NCBI GenBank assembly: GCA_038852105.1 | Contig: JAWCKK010000005.1 | Span: 1,899-65,898, forward strand | Direction of reading: 5' to 3' | DNA from: Thermoplasmata archaeon | GTDB taxonomy: Archaea > Thermoplasmatota > Thermoplasmata > UBA10834 > DTMW01 | DNA length: 64,000 nt | Shown here: positions 9,184-18,622 of the stretch, piece after piece | Layout: every line of letters starts with the position of its first letter | Numbering within the stretch: position 1 is the stretch's first letter | Position numbers and translations under genes: made by a program | The notes under the pieces: generated by a model | What the model was told of the DNA's origin: nothing | The model's database searches: none | What the model saw: only the letters and a program-made list of their open reading frames with translations

Positions 9184-10251
9184 ATGTTGGTGAAAGGGAT
9201 GGATGTCGGGATAGTCAGCTACGGTGCTTATGTGCCGAGATACAGGATAGCCCCGGTAGAGATAGGACGCATCTGGGGACTCGACGGTGCTGGTCTGGGA
9301 AAGGGACTCATGGTCGAGGCGAAATCGGTCCCATCGCCGGATGAGGACGTCGCTACGATTTCTGTCGAGGCGGCAAGATACGCGCTGAGGAGATGCAAAG
9401 TCTCACCACAGAAGATAGGCGCGATATACGTCGGGTCGGAATCGCACCCGTACACTGTCAAGCCGACGGGGACCATCGTGGCGGAGGCAATCGAAGCTAC
9501 TCCCGCGCTCACGGTCGCGGATTATGAGTTCGCTTGCAAGGCAGGAACGGCTGCAATCCAGACATGCATGGGGCTGGTCAAGTCCGGCATGATAGAATAC
9601 GGGCTTGCAATAGGCGCCGACACGTCGCAGGGAGCCCCGGGAGATCCTCTCGAATTCACTGCCTCCGCAGGCGGTGCGGCGTTCTTGATAGGGTCTAAGG
9701 ACATCATCGCCAGGATAGATCATACGGTCTCCTATACGACGGACACGCCGGATTTCTGGCGAAGAGAAGGGCAGGTATACCCGAGTCATGGAGGCAGATT
9801 TACCGGTGAGCCCGCCTATTTCAAGCACATCGTCTCCTGCAGCAAGATGCTGTTCGAGCGCACTGGGACGAAGCCTGCGGACTTCAAGTATGCAGTATTC
9901 CATCAGCCTAACGGCAAGTTCCCTCTCAGGGTCGCGAAGCAGCTGGGGTTCAATGATGAGCAGGTGAAGACAGGCCTTCTCACACCTAAAATCGGGAACA
10001 CATACTCGGGCGCTGTCCCGCTCGGATTATCCGCCATCTTGGACGAGGCCAAGGCGGGAGACAGAATATTCGTCGTATCCTACGGATCCGGCGCAGGCTC
10101 CGACGGGTTTGACATCACCGTAACGGACGCCATTGAGCAGTACGAAAGGAGCGCGGCGCCTACTGTGAAAGAGATTCTGGCGAATTTCAAGATGCTCGAT
10201 TACGGGACCTACGCCAAGTTCCGCGGCAAGATACTCCTCGGAGGTGAGTGA
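9184..10251 (+). CDS. Hydroxymethylglutaryl-CoA synthase (archaeal type)
   Basis: [14 protein letters not shown], the EAxxxAL motif region, and the active-site Cys context (ACKAGTAA, with the thiolase-fold [13 protein letters not shown]). The size, 355 aa, is typical. Confidence 0.9.
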   Translation: MLVKGMDVGIVSYGAYVPRYRIAPVEIGRIWGLDGAGLGKGLMVEAKSVPSPDEDVATISVEAARYALRRCKVSPQKIGAIYVGSESHPYTVKPTGTIVAEAIEATPALTVADYEFACKAGTAAIQTCMGLVKSGMIEYGLAIGADTSQGAPGDPLEFTASAGGAAFLIGSKDIIARIDHTVSYTTDTPDFWRREGQVYPSHGGRFTGEPAYFKHIVSCSKMLFERTGTKPADFKYAVFHQPNGKFPLRVAKQLGFNDEQVKTGLLTPKIGNTYSGAVPLGLSAILDEAKAGDRIFVVSYGSGAGSDGFDITVTDAIEQYERSAAPTVKEILANFKMLDYGTYAKFRGKILLGGE

Positions 10252-11423
10252 GGATGAGGAGAGTGGCAATCATAGGTGCGGGCATGACGGAGTTCGGAGA
10301 GCTTTGGGACCAATCTTTCCGGGACATGGGCATCCGCGCCGGGTTCGAAGCTCTGAACGATGCGAATGTGACATCTGATCAGATTGACGCCTTGTATGTC
10401 GGGAACATGTCTGCTGGCAGATTCATAGAGCAGGAGCATGTTTCCGCTCTCATAGCCGATTACGCGGGTTTCGCGAAGAACAACACGCCTTCCACCAGGG
10501 TAGAGGCAGGGGGCGCGAGCGGAGCGCTCGCAATTCGAGAGGCGTTCATGTCGGTCGCATCGGGTCTCCATGATATCGTAGTCGTCGGAGGCGCAGAGAA
10601 GATGACAGATATCAGCGACGAGGAGGTGAACGCGATCCAGTCCTCGGCCGCGGACCAAGAATGGGAAACGATATTCGGTGCGACATACCCGAGCCTTTTC
10701 GCGCTCATGGCGACCAGACATATGCACGAGTACGGGACGACCAGAGAGATGCTTTCCGCAGTCGCCGCGAAGAACCACAAGCACGGCTCGATGAACCCGA
10801 AGGCGCAGTTCAGACGAGAGATAAAACCAGAGGATGTGACCAGGTCTCCCCTGATATCCAGTCCGCTCAGAATGCTGGACTGCGCTCCGATATCCGATGG
10901 TGCCGCAGCGGTCGTGATGTGCCCGCTAGACATGGCGAAGAAGTTCACTGATAGGCCCGTAGAGATATTGACTACGGCGATGGCGAGCGATTCGCTTGCT
11001 CTGAATCAAAGGAGGAGCATCACCGAGATGGCTGCTACGAGAATCGCCGCGAAGAAGGCCTATGATCGAACGGGGCTGAAACCGTCTGATATCGATGTTG
11101 CGGAGGTGCATGATAACTTCACCATCACCGAGATCATGGCGGTGGAAGATCTCGGTTTCGCGCCAAAGGGAGAGGGAGGAAAATTCACGCTTGAAGGCAA
11201 GACAACCGTCGGAGGAGAGATACCCGTCAACACATCCGGCGGATTGAAAGCGAGGGGAGACCCGATAGGAGCCACGGGGGTCGCGCAAATCATCGAGATC
11301 GTGCAGCAGCTCAGAGGAGACGCTGGCAAGAGGCAGGTGCCGGACGCGAAGATAGGGCTTACCCACAACGTCGGAGGCACCGGTTCGACGGTAATAATAC
11401 ACATCCTGGGGGTGCCTCAATGA
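10248..11423 (+). CDS. Acetyl-CoA acetyltransferase (thiolase)
   Basis: [15 protein letters not shown]-terminus, the Nx[18 protein letters not shown]-terminal thiolase signatures, 391 aa. It overlaps HMG-CoA synthase by 4 nt. Confidence 0.9.
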   Translation: MRMRRVAIIGAGMTEFGELWDQSFRDMGIRAGFEALNDANVTSDQIDALYVGNMSAGRFIEQEHVSALIADYAGFAKNNTPSTRVEAGGASGALAIREAFMSVASGLHDIVVVGGAEKMTDISDEEVNAIQSSAADQEWETIFGATYPSLFALMATRHMHEYGTTREMLSAVAAKNHKHGSMNPKAQFRREIKPEDVTRSPLISSPLRMLDCAPISDGAAAVVMCPLDMAKKFTDRPVEILTTAMASDSLALNQRRSITEMAATRIAAKKAYDRTGLKPSDIDVAEVHDNFTITEIMAVEDLGFAPKGEGGKFTLEGKTTVGGEIPVNTSGGLKARGDPIGATGVAQIIEIVQQLRGDAGKRQVPDAKIGLTHNVGGTGSTVIIHILGVPQ

Positions 11424-11821
11424 CGAAGACGCCCAGATACTGGCGTGAGAACCAGAGCAGATATAACATGATTGGTGCCAAGTGCGCGAACTGCGGGAAG
11501 ACGTACTTCCCGGCGAGAGCCATGTGCACCGAGTGCGGAAGAAAGAGCCTCGGGAAAATGGAGAAGTTCAAGTTCTCGGGCAAAGGTTCGGTCTTCTCCG
11601 TCACGACCGTTCATGAAGCCCACGAACAGTACGACTTCCTGAAGCCTTACACGCTCGCACTCATCGAGCTCGACGAAGGAGCGAGGATTCTCGGTCAGGT
11701 CATAGATTGCGAGCCCGAGGAGATAAAGATCGGCATGCGGGTCAAATCCACCTTCAGAAAGCTCGGCGAGGAGGGCAAGTCGGGGACTATATATTACGGA
11801 TACAAGTTCATAAAGGAATGA
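11420..11821 (+). CDS. DUF35 OB-fold/zinc-ribbon protein, the thiolase-HMGCS scaffold subunit
   Basis: The zinc ribbon CANCGKTYFPARAMCTECG and an OB-fold C-terminus, 133 aa, with a 4-nt overlap on the thiolase gene. This is the third gene of the archaeal mevalonate triad. Confidence 0.85.
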   Translation: MTKTPRYWRENQSRYNMIGAKCANCGKTYFPARAMCTECGRKSLGKMEKFKFSGKGSVFSVTTVHEAHEQYDFLKPYTLALIELDEGARILGQVIDCEPEEIKIGMRVKSTFRKLGEEGKSGTIYYGYKFIKE

Positions 11822-11827
11822 ACGGCA

Positions 11828-14800
11828 TCAGAATTCCAAGGTCGCACCGCAATTGCCGCATTTCCTGGTCCTCTTGGCGCACGCGAGATGGGCAATGCTG
11901 TTGCACTTGTTGCAAATAGCTATGTCGAACCCTGGCTTTATCTTGCCGCTACAGGAGGCGCATTTCGCAGGCTCGGTAGCGCGCGCGATTCTCGCAGTGG
12001 GCTCTTTCGGAAGGACTATGACATCGCTCTTTGCGCTGAACTGATATTCTTTGCCGTCGAAGATTCTCTTGGCGGTGACCGTCACGGAAATCTGCGCGTC
12101 CCCGATGCGCCTCGGTACTACAGGGACAGAGATTCTCCTCGTCTCCCCTGCCTTCAATGGGGCAACCTCTGGGACGGACTCGACGTCCATATTGCTCCCG
12201 AAGAACTCGAGCTTGAGGTCCTTTGCCAGCGCCTTCCCCTTGTTTGCGAGCTCGATATCGATCATCGCTCTTTGGTCCTGCTTCAGCTCGACCGGTAGAA
12301 GGGATACAGAGACATCAGGGTTGAACCTATCCATGCTGGCCTGTATGTTTTCCCTGGCGTCCTTCAGAAGTTCGATAGCCGACGAGTAATCGCTCTCTCG
12401 CTCTATCTCCGCCATTGCAATCAGCCGGTCGCTCTCGCGGGTAGGGATTCCGAACCGCTTCGCAACGGTCACAGCACTCTCGGCGGCATACTTGGCGTCA
12501 AGATAATCCTTGTGCAGCGATTCGATTTTTGAGAGCAAGGATTCGGATTCGATTATCGACTTGAACGAAAGCTCGTACTCACCCTCTTCCATCATCTTTT
12601 CGATCTTCTTCAGCTCCTGCTCGACAATCGCCACGGACGCCCCGCTCTTTGCCACGACGGAGCTCTTTGCTCTTATGTCGCTAATCGCAGAGTATAGTTT
12701 TTCCTTGAGGTAGCTCTCGACGCTTTGGCTTGTTTTCTGCGTCTCCTCAAATGCCACATCCCAAAGGCCCTCTCTTGCGGATACCTGAGCCGCATCGAGC
12801 ATTGCGCGGTAATCGTTATCGTCAGGAAGCCCTAGGCTCGACGCCAAATCGAGCAGTATCTCTGCCTTGGATAACTTTTCGTTGATAATCTTCTCGAGCT
12901 CTACAGATATCAGTCGCTCGCCGTCGATGCAATACTCCCTGCACTCCGTGAACGCGCCGTTCTGAAGCGCCTCCTCGGCCTTCTGCCGTATCTTTTCTAT
13001 CTCTGCGAGTTCCAGGCCTATCTTTCTCAATCTGGACAGACGGTCGGTCAGAGAATTCATGTCGAGCCTGCATCCCTCCGCCTGACGTCTGATGCGCTCG
13101 ATTTCGTCTCCTACGGATATCGATAACTCGATGGCGCTTTCGAATTTCTTCTCGCGCATTGCCTCTTCGGCTTTCTCGTATATTTCCTTGGCCGCTGCTA
13201 CGGCCAGCATATCTTTCTCGGCGCTCGATATCTTCTCTTTTGCAACACCCAGGGCTCCCATCGCGAGCGAACGCTGCAAATCAGCCCTTTCGAGCTCCTG
13301 CTCACACGAAATAATCTTCTTGACGGCCTCCTGGAAATTGGCAACCTCAAAGCTGCTCTTCGCCTCATCAAGCAAAGACCTTGCATCATCGACGTATGTG
13401 CCGTCCTTCTCGGCGTAAGTTATCCTTCTTGCCAATTTCTGCAGGAGTCCTTGGAGATTCTTCTTGGCTATTTCAGATGCCTCATTCGAAATCTTCCTTG
13501 CGAGCTCGAAAGCAATTGCATATTTATGACTGTTCAACGAATCGACAGCCTGAGCGAGTATCGCGCGTGGTTCGGACATGTCTATGCCTATCATCTCAGC
13601 GTCCCGTATGCGCTCCTTCGCTATCCTTATCTCGAACGCGCTCTTCGAACTCAGATCTCTGATCTGGTCGATTTCCTCTCTCGCGGATTTTGCACTTTTC
13701 AGGCAAGACTCGTATTCCTGTTGCTCGAATTCATTCCTTGCCTGCTCCAACAGCTTCTCAGGGCGGGAAGTATCGACCCCGACATTCTTTGCATCGGCTA
13801 TGAGAGTGGCAATCGATGCGATCTCCTCTTCGGACTTCGATTTCAGGAGCTCGTCGAGTTCGGCCCGGGCTTTCTTCGCGGATGCAAGAGCGAGGTCGTA
13901 GTTTCTCTCCTTCATCGCGGCCTTTGCCTCTTCCAAAGATTGCCGCACCCCTTCCGGAGTCAGGTTCTCGGAATCTGTGAATCCCAGAGATACCTTGAGC
14001 GACATGATCAGCTTGGCGGCAAGATACATCCCCATTAGTTTTTCGAGTATGTTCTCCGCTTCCGCTATCTTCCGCTCGGCGTCATCTATGCTCAGGCTGG
14101 CTAAATCGCTCTTTGACTCTTCCAGCAATTTCGCTGCGGCCGAAACATCGATATTATTCTTCGCCGCCTCGGATAGCAGTTCCTCGCATCTGCTCAGCTT
14201 CCCCAGCAAAATCTGTTGTTCCTGTGTGAATCTATTGATTTCGCTCAGAGACTTTGAAGACGTCTGATAGGACGATGAGTATTCTCCGGCCTCGAGGAGC
14301 TCCTTTGCCTGCTTGTAGTACGCTCTCCACTTCGTGGTATCCATGGAGTTCGACTTCGCGCTGTCGAGCACCGCCTTGAGAGAGAATAGCGCCTTTTGAG
14401 CGACCTCTTCAAGAGCCCTATCGGCATCCTGTATCGTTTCTTTCGCCGTTGCGACTGCAACTTCGAGCACGCCCTTCTGAAGAGCCTCGTCCGCCTTCTT
14501 GACCATCAATCGGAGGTCGGACGCATCAATGCCAGCTGCTTCGACCTCGGAAATTTTTATCTCGGCGTCTCCGATCAGCCGTTTGGCTTCGTCTATGCCG
14601 CGCTTTTCTAGGTTCTCCTTAATGTCTGTGATTCTAGAGAGAGCATCGATGTACTGCGATGAATAAATCAATTGCTTCGCGTCGTTCAAGCTCGCCCGAA
14701 ATTCCGTGACGTCGAACGATTTTGAGCAATCGTCAAGGAAGGATTCCAACGCCGATGCAGTATCGGTCAGAACCTCATGATATGCCTTATTCGAAGCCTC

Positions 14801-16348
14801 GATGCTCATTACCGCCCGCCTAAACGCCTCGAGGGAGTTTAGCTCGGAAATCTCTTCGTTCGCAATCCTGAGCTGTTCCTTTGCCTCGGTGGGGTCGATC
14901 CCCAACTGCCCTGCAATCGAGATCAGGCTCTCGGCGTCGAGTATTTTCTCCTGGGCAACCTTTCTGACGTGCTTCTCTATCGCCTCAATCCCGGACTTGG
15001 CCTTTGCGTCTGCTTGAACGAAATCCTTGTTTGCGAGCGCGGTTCTGACCTGGCCGAACATGTTGACATCGCTGGGGATTTCGATACCCGCGTCTTCCGC
15101 CTGCTTGATCATCATGGCAAGTTTCTCGAGACCGCTCTGAGCGTTCCTGAAGGCTGAGAGAATCTCGGTTACCTCCTTGTCCGCCTGCTCTGCGGCCGCG
15201 ATGGCCTCCTCGAACAGCCCCTTCTGAAGCTTATCTCTAGCCTCGTTGAGTGTCGTTATTGGTTTTCCGATATCGAGGTTCAATTTTTTCGCGAGGACGA
15301 AATTGTCCTTCGATTTCGATATGGCTTGAAGAACTATCTTGAACTGGGCATCCTTAAGAGCGCTCCTCGCTTTCTCAATAGATTTGGTTGCTTCAGCGAT
15401 GTTCTTGTCCCTCATCGCTTTGCTCGCCGCCTCGATGAGCGCCTGGGCGGCCTCAGTGTCTCCTTCGTGCCTTTTGACTATCCGGATATCCTCCCGAAGC
15501 TTTCGGATATCCTCAAGAATCTTGCTGGAAGTCGCCTTCTCGCATTCGCTTTGCGCGCGCCGGACGTAGCTCGCAGCCTCCTCGAATTCCATGGATTCGA
15601 GGCTCTCGCGGGCCTTGTCTATGTATTCCCTCAGTTTCGAGACATCTGTGCCCAGGTCCTCAGCAGCCAGCACGCTGTCTTCGGCCGAATCAATATCCGC
15701 CTTTATCCGCGACTTGACAATATCGGTGGCTGATGCAAGCAGAGAGTTTACAGTGGCGATTGCGGCCCTGTAATCTTCGGACTCTATCATCTCTTTCGTG
15801 TCGCGAAGCTCCCTCTGGAGATCCTCGACGTTCTCGCCGATATCCTTCGCTTTCAGAATGATCTGCTGGGCCTTAGAGTAGGTCTTGGCATAATGCTCGT
15901 GAAGGGCCTTCTGGGAGAGATCGTAGGTCTCCTCGGCGAGCTTTATCGTCTCGTCGAAATCATCTTTATCCATGGAAGATTTGACGTCGGCGATCAATTG
16001 CTTCAACTGCGACGCCTCATCTCCGGATTCCGTCACAATCTGGACAATCTCATCTGCGCCCTTCAAAATCGATAGAATCCTTTCTTTGAAAATCTTCTTC
16101 GAGGTCTCGACCGCGCGCTCCGATTTATCCAACGCGAGATCGAAATCCTTCGATTCGAGAGCCGCATTTGTCTCTGCGATGGCCTTCTTCCCGAGGTCGA
16201 TATCGGCGTTGAGCTTCTTGCAACGCTCCAGTATTCCTTCGGCCACTTGCAGACGCGCTTCTGCATCGGCCTTTTTCTTGGACGCCTCCTTTGCCTTTTG
16301 CTCTATTTGCTTGGCCAACTGGAGGCTTTTCAAATAGCTACCTGCCAA
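11828..16348 (-). CDS. Giant (about 1506 aa) tandem-repeat alpha-helical protein with a C-terminal beta-sandwich-like domain and zinc ribbon
   Basis: A single uninterrupted 4.5-kb ORF. About 20 repeats of roughly 70 aa each carry a conserved aromatic-then-Ala-rich helix (e.g. ESKDFDLALDKSERAVE, MRDKNIAEATKSIEKARSAL, KERNYDLALASAKKARAEL, REKKFESAIELSISVGDEI) followed by a G[IV]D.S-type turn (GIDPTE, GIDASD, GVDTSRPE, GIDMSEP). The C-terminus has a beta-rich segment (ETRRISVPVVPRRIGDAQISVTVTA) and CASCSGK...CNKCN...CGNCG. There is no N-terminal signal peptide. The start codon is uncertain: a TTG at 16348, with the first ATG about 126 codons in. Confidence 0.7.
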   Translation of the reverse strand: MAGSYLKSLQLAKQIEQKAKEASKKKADAEARLQVAEGILERCKKLNADIDLGKKAIAETNAALESKDFDLALDKSERAVETSKKIFKERILSILKGADEIVQIVTESGDEASQLKQLIADVKSSMDKDDFDETIKLAEETYDLSQKALHEHYAKTYSKAQQIILKAKDIGENVEDLQRELRDTKEMIESEDYRAAIATVNSLLASATDIVKSRIKADIDSAEDSVLAAEDLGTDVSKLREYIDKARESLESMEFEEAASYVRRAQSECEKATSSKILEDIRKLREDIRIVKRHEGDTEAAQALIEAASKAMRDKNIAEATKSIEKARSALKDAQFKIVLQAISKSKDNFVLAKKLNLDIGKPITTLNEARDKLQKGLFEEAIAAAEQADKEVTEILSAFRNAQSGLEKLAMMIKQAEDAGIEIPSDVNMFGQVRTALANKDFVQADAKAKSGIEAIEKHVRKVAQEKILDAESLISIAGQLGIDPTEAKEQLRIANEEISELNSLEAFRRAVMSIEASNKAYHEVLTDTASALESFLDDCSKSFDVTEFRASLNDAKQLIYSSQYIDALSRITDIKENLEKRGIDEAKRLIGDAEIKISEVEAAGIDASDLRLMVKKADEALQKGVLEVAVATAKETIQDADRALEEVAQKALFSLKAVLDSAKSNSMDTTKWRAYYKQAKELLEAGEYSSSYQTSSKSLSEINRFTQEQQILLGKLSRCEELLSEAAKNNIDVSAAAKLLEESKSDLASLSIDDAERKIAEAENILEKLMGMYLAAKLIMSLKVSLGFTDSENLTPEGVRQSLEEAKAAMKERNYDLALASAKKARAELDELLKSKSEEEIASIATLIADAKNVGVDTSRPEKLLEQARNEFEQQEYESCLKSAKSAREEIDQIRDLSSKSAFEIRIAKERIRDAEMIGIDMSEPRAILAQAVDSLNSHKYAIAFELARKISNEASEIAKKNLQGLLQKLARRITYAEKDGTYVDDARSLLDEAKSSFEVANFQEAVKKIISCEQELERADLQRSLAMGALGVAKEKISSAEKDMLAVAAAKEIYEKAEEAMREKKFESAIELSISVGDEIERIRRQAEGCRLDMNSLTDRLSRLRKIGLELAEIEKIRQKAEEALQNGAFTECREYCIDGERLISVELEKIINEKLSKAEILLDLASSLGLPDDNDYRAMLDAAQVSAREGLWDVAFEETQKTSQSVESYLKEKLYSAISDIRAKSSVVAKSGASVAIVEQELKKIEKMMEEGEYELSFKSIIESESLLSKIESLHKDYLDAKYAAESAVTVAKRFGIPTRESDRLIAMAEIERESDYSSAIELLKDARENIQASMDRFNPDVSVSLLPVELKQDQRAMIDIELANKGKALAKDLKLEFFGSNMDVESVPEVAPLKAGETRRISVPVVPRRIGDAQISVTVTAKRIFDGKEYQFSAKSDVIVLPKEPTARIARATEPAKCASCSGKIKPGFDIAICNKCNSIAHLACAKRTRKCGNCGATLEF

Positions 16349-16628
16349 TGTCCTCGACCTCTTGCGGCTGATTTCTTCGAGACGGCCGACTCACATCGTG
16401 CATTTCATTACGATGCGAACTCATCTCTGCTCGCGTGTAAATCTGAAACGGAACATTTCTATCATGCATTCATTGCAGATATAGCATTCAGATTACTCGC
16501 GCCTAATCATGTATCGACAGAAGGAAAATCAGCCACCCTAAGGATATAAATATGTCGGGGATGTCATCAATTTCGAACAGGACTTGCCAGGAAGAAGAGG
16601 GTGTCCGAGCGAACACAATGCCATCTGC

Positions 16629-17540
16629 CTATTCTCGAAGATTGTTTCTTTCCAAGGACTTTATTTCGTGATACAATCTTGACATCACGGGACATTCTAT
16701 CCCCAGCTTTGCCCCGAATCGCAGAATAGGTCCGCAAATCGCATCGATCTCTGTCCTCTTTCCCCTTTCTATGTCCGAGAGCATGCTTGAACGGTTGTCT
16801 GCAGTCTTCGTCGCGACGTCGGTCATGTATCTTACCACATCTGGAGGATCGAGTGCAATACCCATCCCTTCCGCAACCCTCGAACCTTCCAGACAAACAG
16901 CGATTGCCTGCTCGTTCAACTTCTTATCATCGACTATCATTCCATTCCTGCATCTATGAATCGCCGTCAGTGGGTTTATTGCGGCATTTACAATCGCCTT
17001 GGACCAAACTATGCCGGTGATGTTCTCGGTCGATCTCGTTCTGACCCCCGCATCATGCAAGATCCTTTCGGCAACATCAAGAGCCGCGGATTCTTGCGCA
17101 AGGGAACCAATGGCAATCTCGCCTTCGGCGACATAACGAATGAAGCCCGGTCCGACTCTATGAGCAGCCAGACTGGTGACGCCGATGACCACAGCGCTTC
17201 TATCATAATACTTGCCGAGTGTTTCGGCATTTCCGATTCCGTTCTGCACCGTCACCACGCATCCGTTTCTGACCAGATGCCTGACAGTGCATTTTGCCGC
17301 AATTTCCGTGTCATACGATTTCGTGGTAACGAATATCGCATCGAACTGCCTGCTATCTTCGATGACTTCAAGAGCAGGTATTTTGAAGCACCCATTCATC
17401 AGGCCTTCGAGTCTGAGGCCTCGCCGCTGAATCTCGCTCAGATGATCACCACGCGTTATCAGAATTACGTCGTGGGCGCGAGAAAGAAGAACGCCCATGA
17501 CTCCGCCGAGTGCCCCGGCACCGAAAATGAGAACTCTCAT
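16629..17540 (-). CDS. panE: 2-dehydropantoate 2-reductase (ketopantoate reductase, ApbA/PanE family)
   Basis: Rossmann N-terminus MRVLIFGAGALGG, the conserved Lys/Asn region (VTTKSYDT ... NGIGN) and the C-terminal ApbA_C pattern (SSMLSDIERGKRTEID). Confidence 0.75.
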   Translation of the reverse strand: MRVLIFGAGALGGVMGVLLSRAHDVILITRGDHLSEIQRRGLRLEGLMNGCFKIPALEVIEDSRQFDAIFVTTKSYDTEIAAKCTVRHLVRNGCVVTVQNGIGNAETLGKYYDRSAVVIGVTSLAAHRVGPGFIRYVAEGEIAIGSLAQESAALDVAERILHDAGVRTRSTENITGIVWSKAIVNAAINPLTAIHRCRNGMIVDDKKLNEQAIAVCLEGSRVAEGMGIALDPPDVVRYMTDVATKTADNRSSMLSDIERGKRTEIDAICGPILRFGAKLGIECPVMSRLYHEIKSLERNNLRE

Positions 17541-18622
17541 TCGTCCTCTCTCCGTGCTTTTTCCGCCTCGATGTGGGCAATCCTGACAGGCTCGGGTACC
17601 CGCCGTACCCAGAACGGCTTGAGCAACCTCAGAGCAGACCTCACGGACACCCTATGTCCGGGGGAAACGAAGACCGGAGCACCGTCCGAATCTCTCGAGA
17701 CCGCAAATCCGACATGCCTGCCGGAAATCATTACTTTTCTCACAGGCCCTCTGCCTACGATATCGCCAATGAGCAATTTCTTCGCCACACCAATGGATGG
17801 TACGCCCGTAATTACTCCCAAATGGCTTGCCACTCCGAAACCGAGCGGATGCAAGATGCCGTTGCCATCGTGCACGAGGATTATGTCTTCACCGGCTTTC
17901 CTCACGAGTTCTGAGACGACCTCGGCTTCGCGAAAGGTCAGATATGTCGGAATATACGGAAAATGCACCTTTGTCTTCTTGGTCACAACATCGATCATAT
18001 CCCCGGACTTTCTATCGAATAGCGCGAGCGCGCCATATGCGATATCATCACGATATGCGACATCCGAACCGGCGATCATGGACGCTCCCGAATAGTCATC
18101 TCTGAGGACAATCTTAGCGAGATCCCTCTTCTGAATTTGTCGAAATTTTCGCAGCGGGTAGGTGGTCTTAAAATCGTCGAAAACCACCTTATCGAAATTC
18201 AGAATCCTATCACCCTGAATCTCGATCCCCTCTGCGCGGAGCAGCCTCTTCTTGCCCTCTACTCCTCCGTCTCCGGTATATCCCCCGATAGTCCCATCGG
18301 ATTGCACCACGCGTCTGCAGGGCACGCGGACAATGTCGTCGTTCTCTGACATAACCTTGCCAACGAACCTGCTCGCGGAGATATCGCCCAGAGCTCTGGC
18401 AACCATGCCATAAGTCGTGATTCTGCCGCGGGGGACTTGGGCCACCAGCTTCTTTACCTCTTCGACGAGATCTATCTCCGGGAAATCGACCGCCAGGCAA
18501 ATCACCGAAATACCTATAGCACCCGTTGTGGGTAATATGTATTTTGGCCAGAACCGTGAGCATGTATGAAAGCGAGACGAGATGAAAGACTGGGACGATA
18601 CGAGAGGATAGCCGCGGGTCAT
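17537..18622 (-). CDS. nfi: Bifunctional O6-alkylguanine-DNA alkyltransferase (C-terminal/DNA-binding domain) - endonuclease V fusion
   Basis: N-terminal MGMT DNA-binding domain (RITTYGMVARALG ... VPCRRVV) fused to a complete EndoV domain (GSDVAY, PYIPTYLTFRE, ILVHDGNGILHP, GFGVASHLG). The 5' end overlaps the divergent radical-SAM ORF, so one of the two annotated starts is probably too long. Confidence 0.8.
   Translation of the reverse strand: MTRGYPLVSSQSFISSRFHTCSRFWPKYILPTTGAIGISVICLAVDFPEIDLVEEVKKLVAQVPRGRITTYGMVARALGDISASRFVGKVMSENDDIVRVPCRRVVQSDGTIGGYTGDGGVEGKKRLLRAEGIEIQGDRILNFDKVVFDDFKTTYPLRKFRQIQKRDLAKIVLRDDYSGASMIAGSDVAYRDDIAYGALALFDRKSGDMIDVVTKKTKVHFPYIPTYLTFREAEVVSELVRKAGEDIILVHDGNGILHPLGFGVASHLGVITGVPSIGVAKKLLIGDIVGRGPVRKVMISGRHVGFAVSRDSDGAPVFVSPGHRVSVRSALRLLKPFWVRRVPEPVRIAHIEAEKARREDE

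Noticed and set aside
12051-16337. Numerous 60-136 aa plus-strand ORFs that are rich in Ser, Ala, Ile and Phe (e.g. 12051..12389, 13092..13418, 15972..16337)
   Set aside because: All lie antisense to the 4.5-kb repeat gene and translate to low-complexity peptides with no motifs. They are antisense artefacts of a long GC-biased ORF.
18566-18622. 57-nt divergent overlap between the radical SAM ORF and the AGT-EndoV ORF
   Set aside because: This is probably an artefact of choosing the longest ORF. One or both genes probably start at a downstream or alternative start codon, and it is not evidence of overlapping coding.
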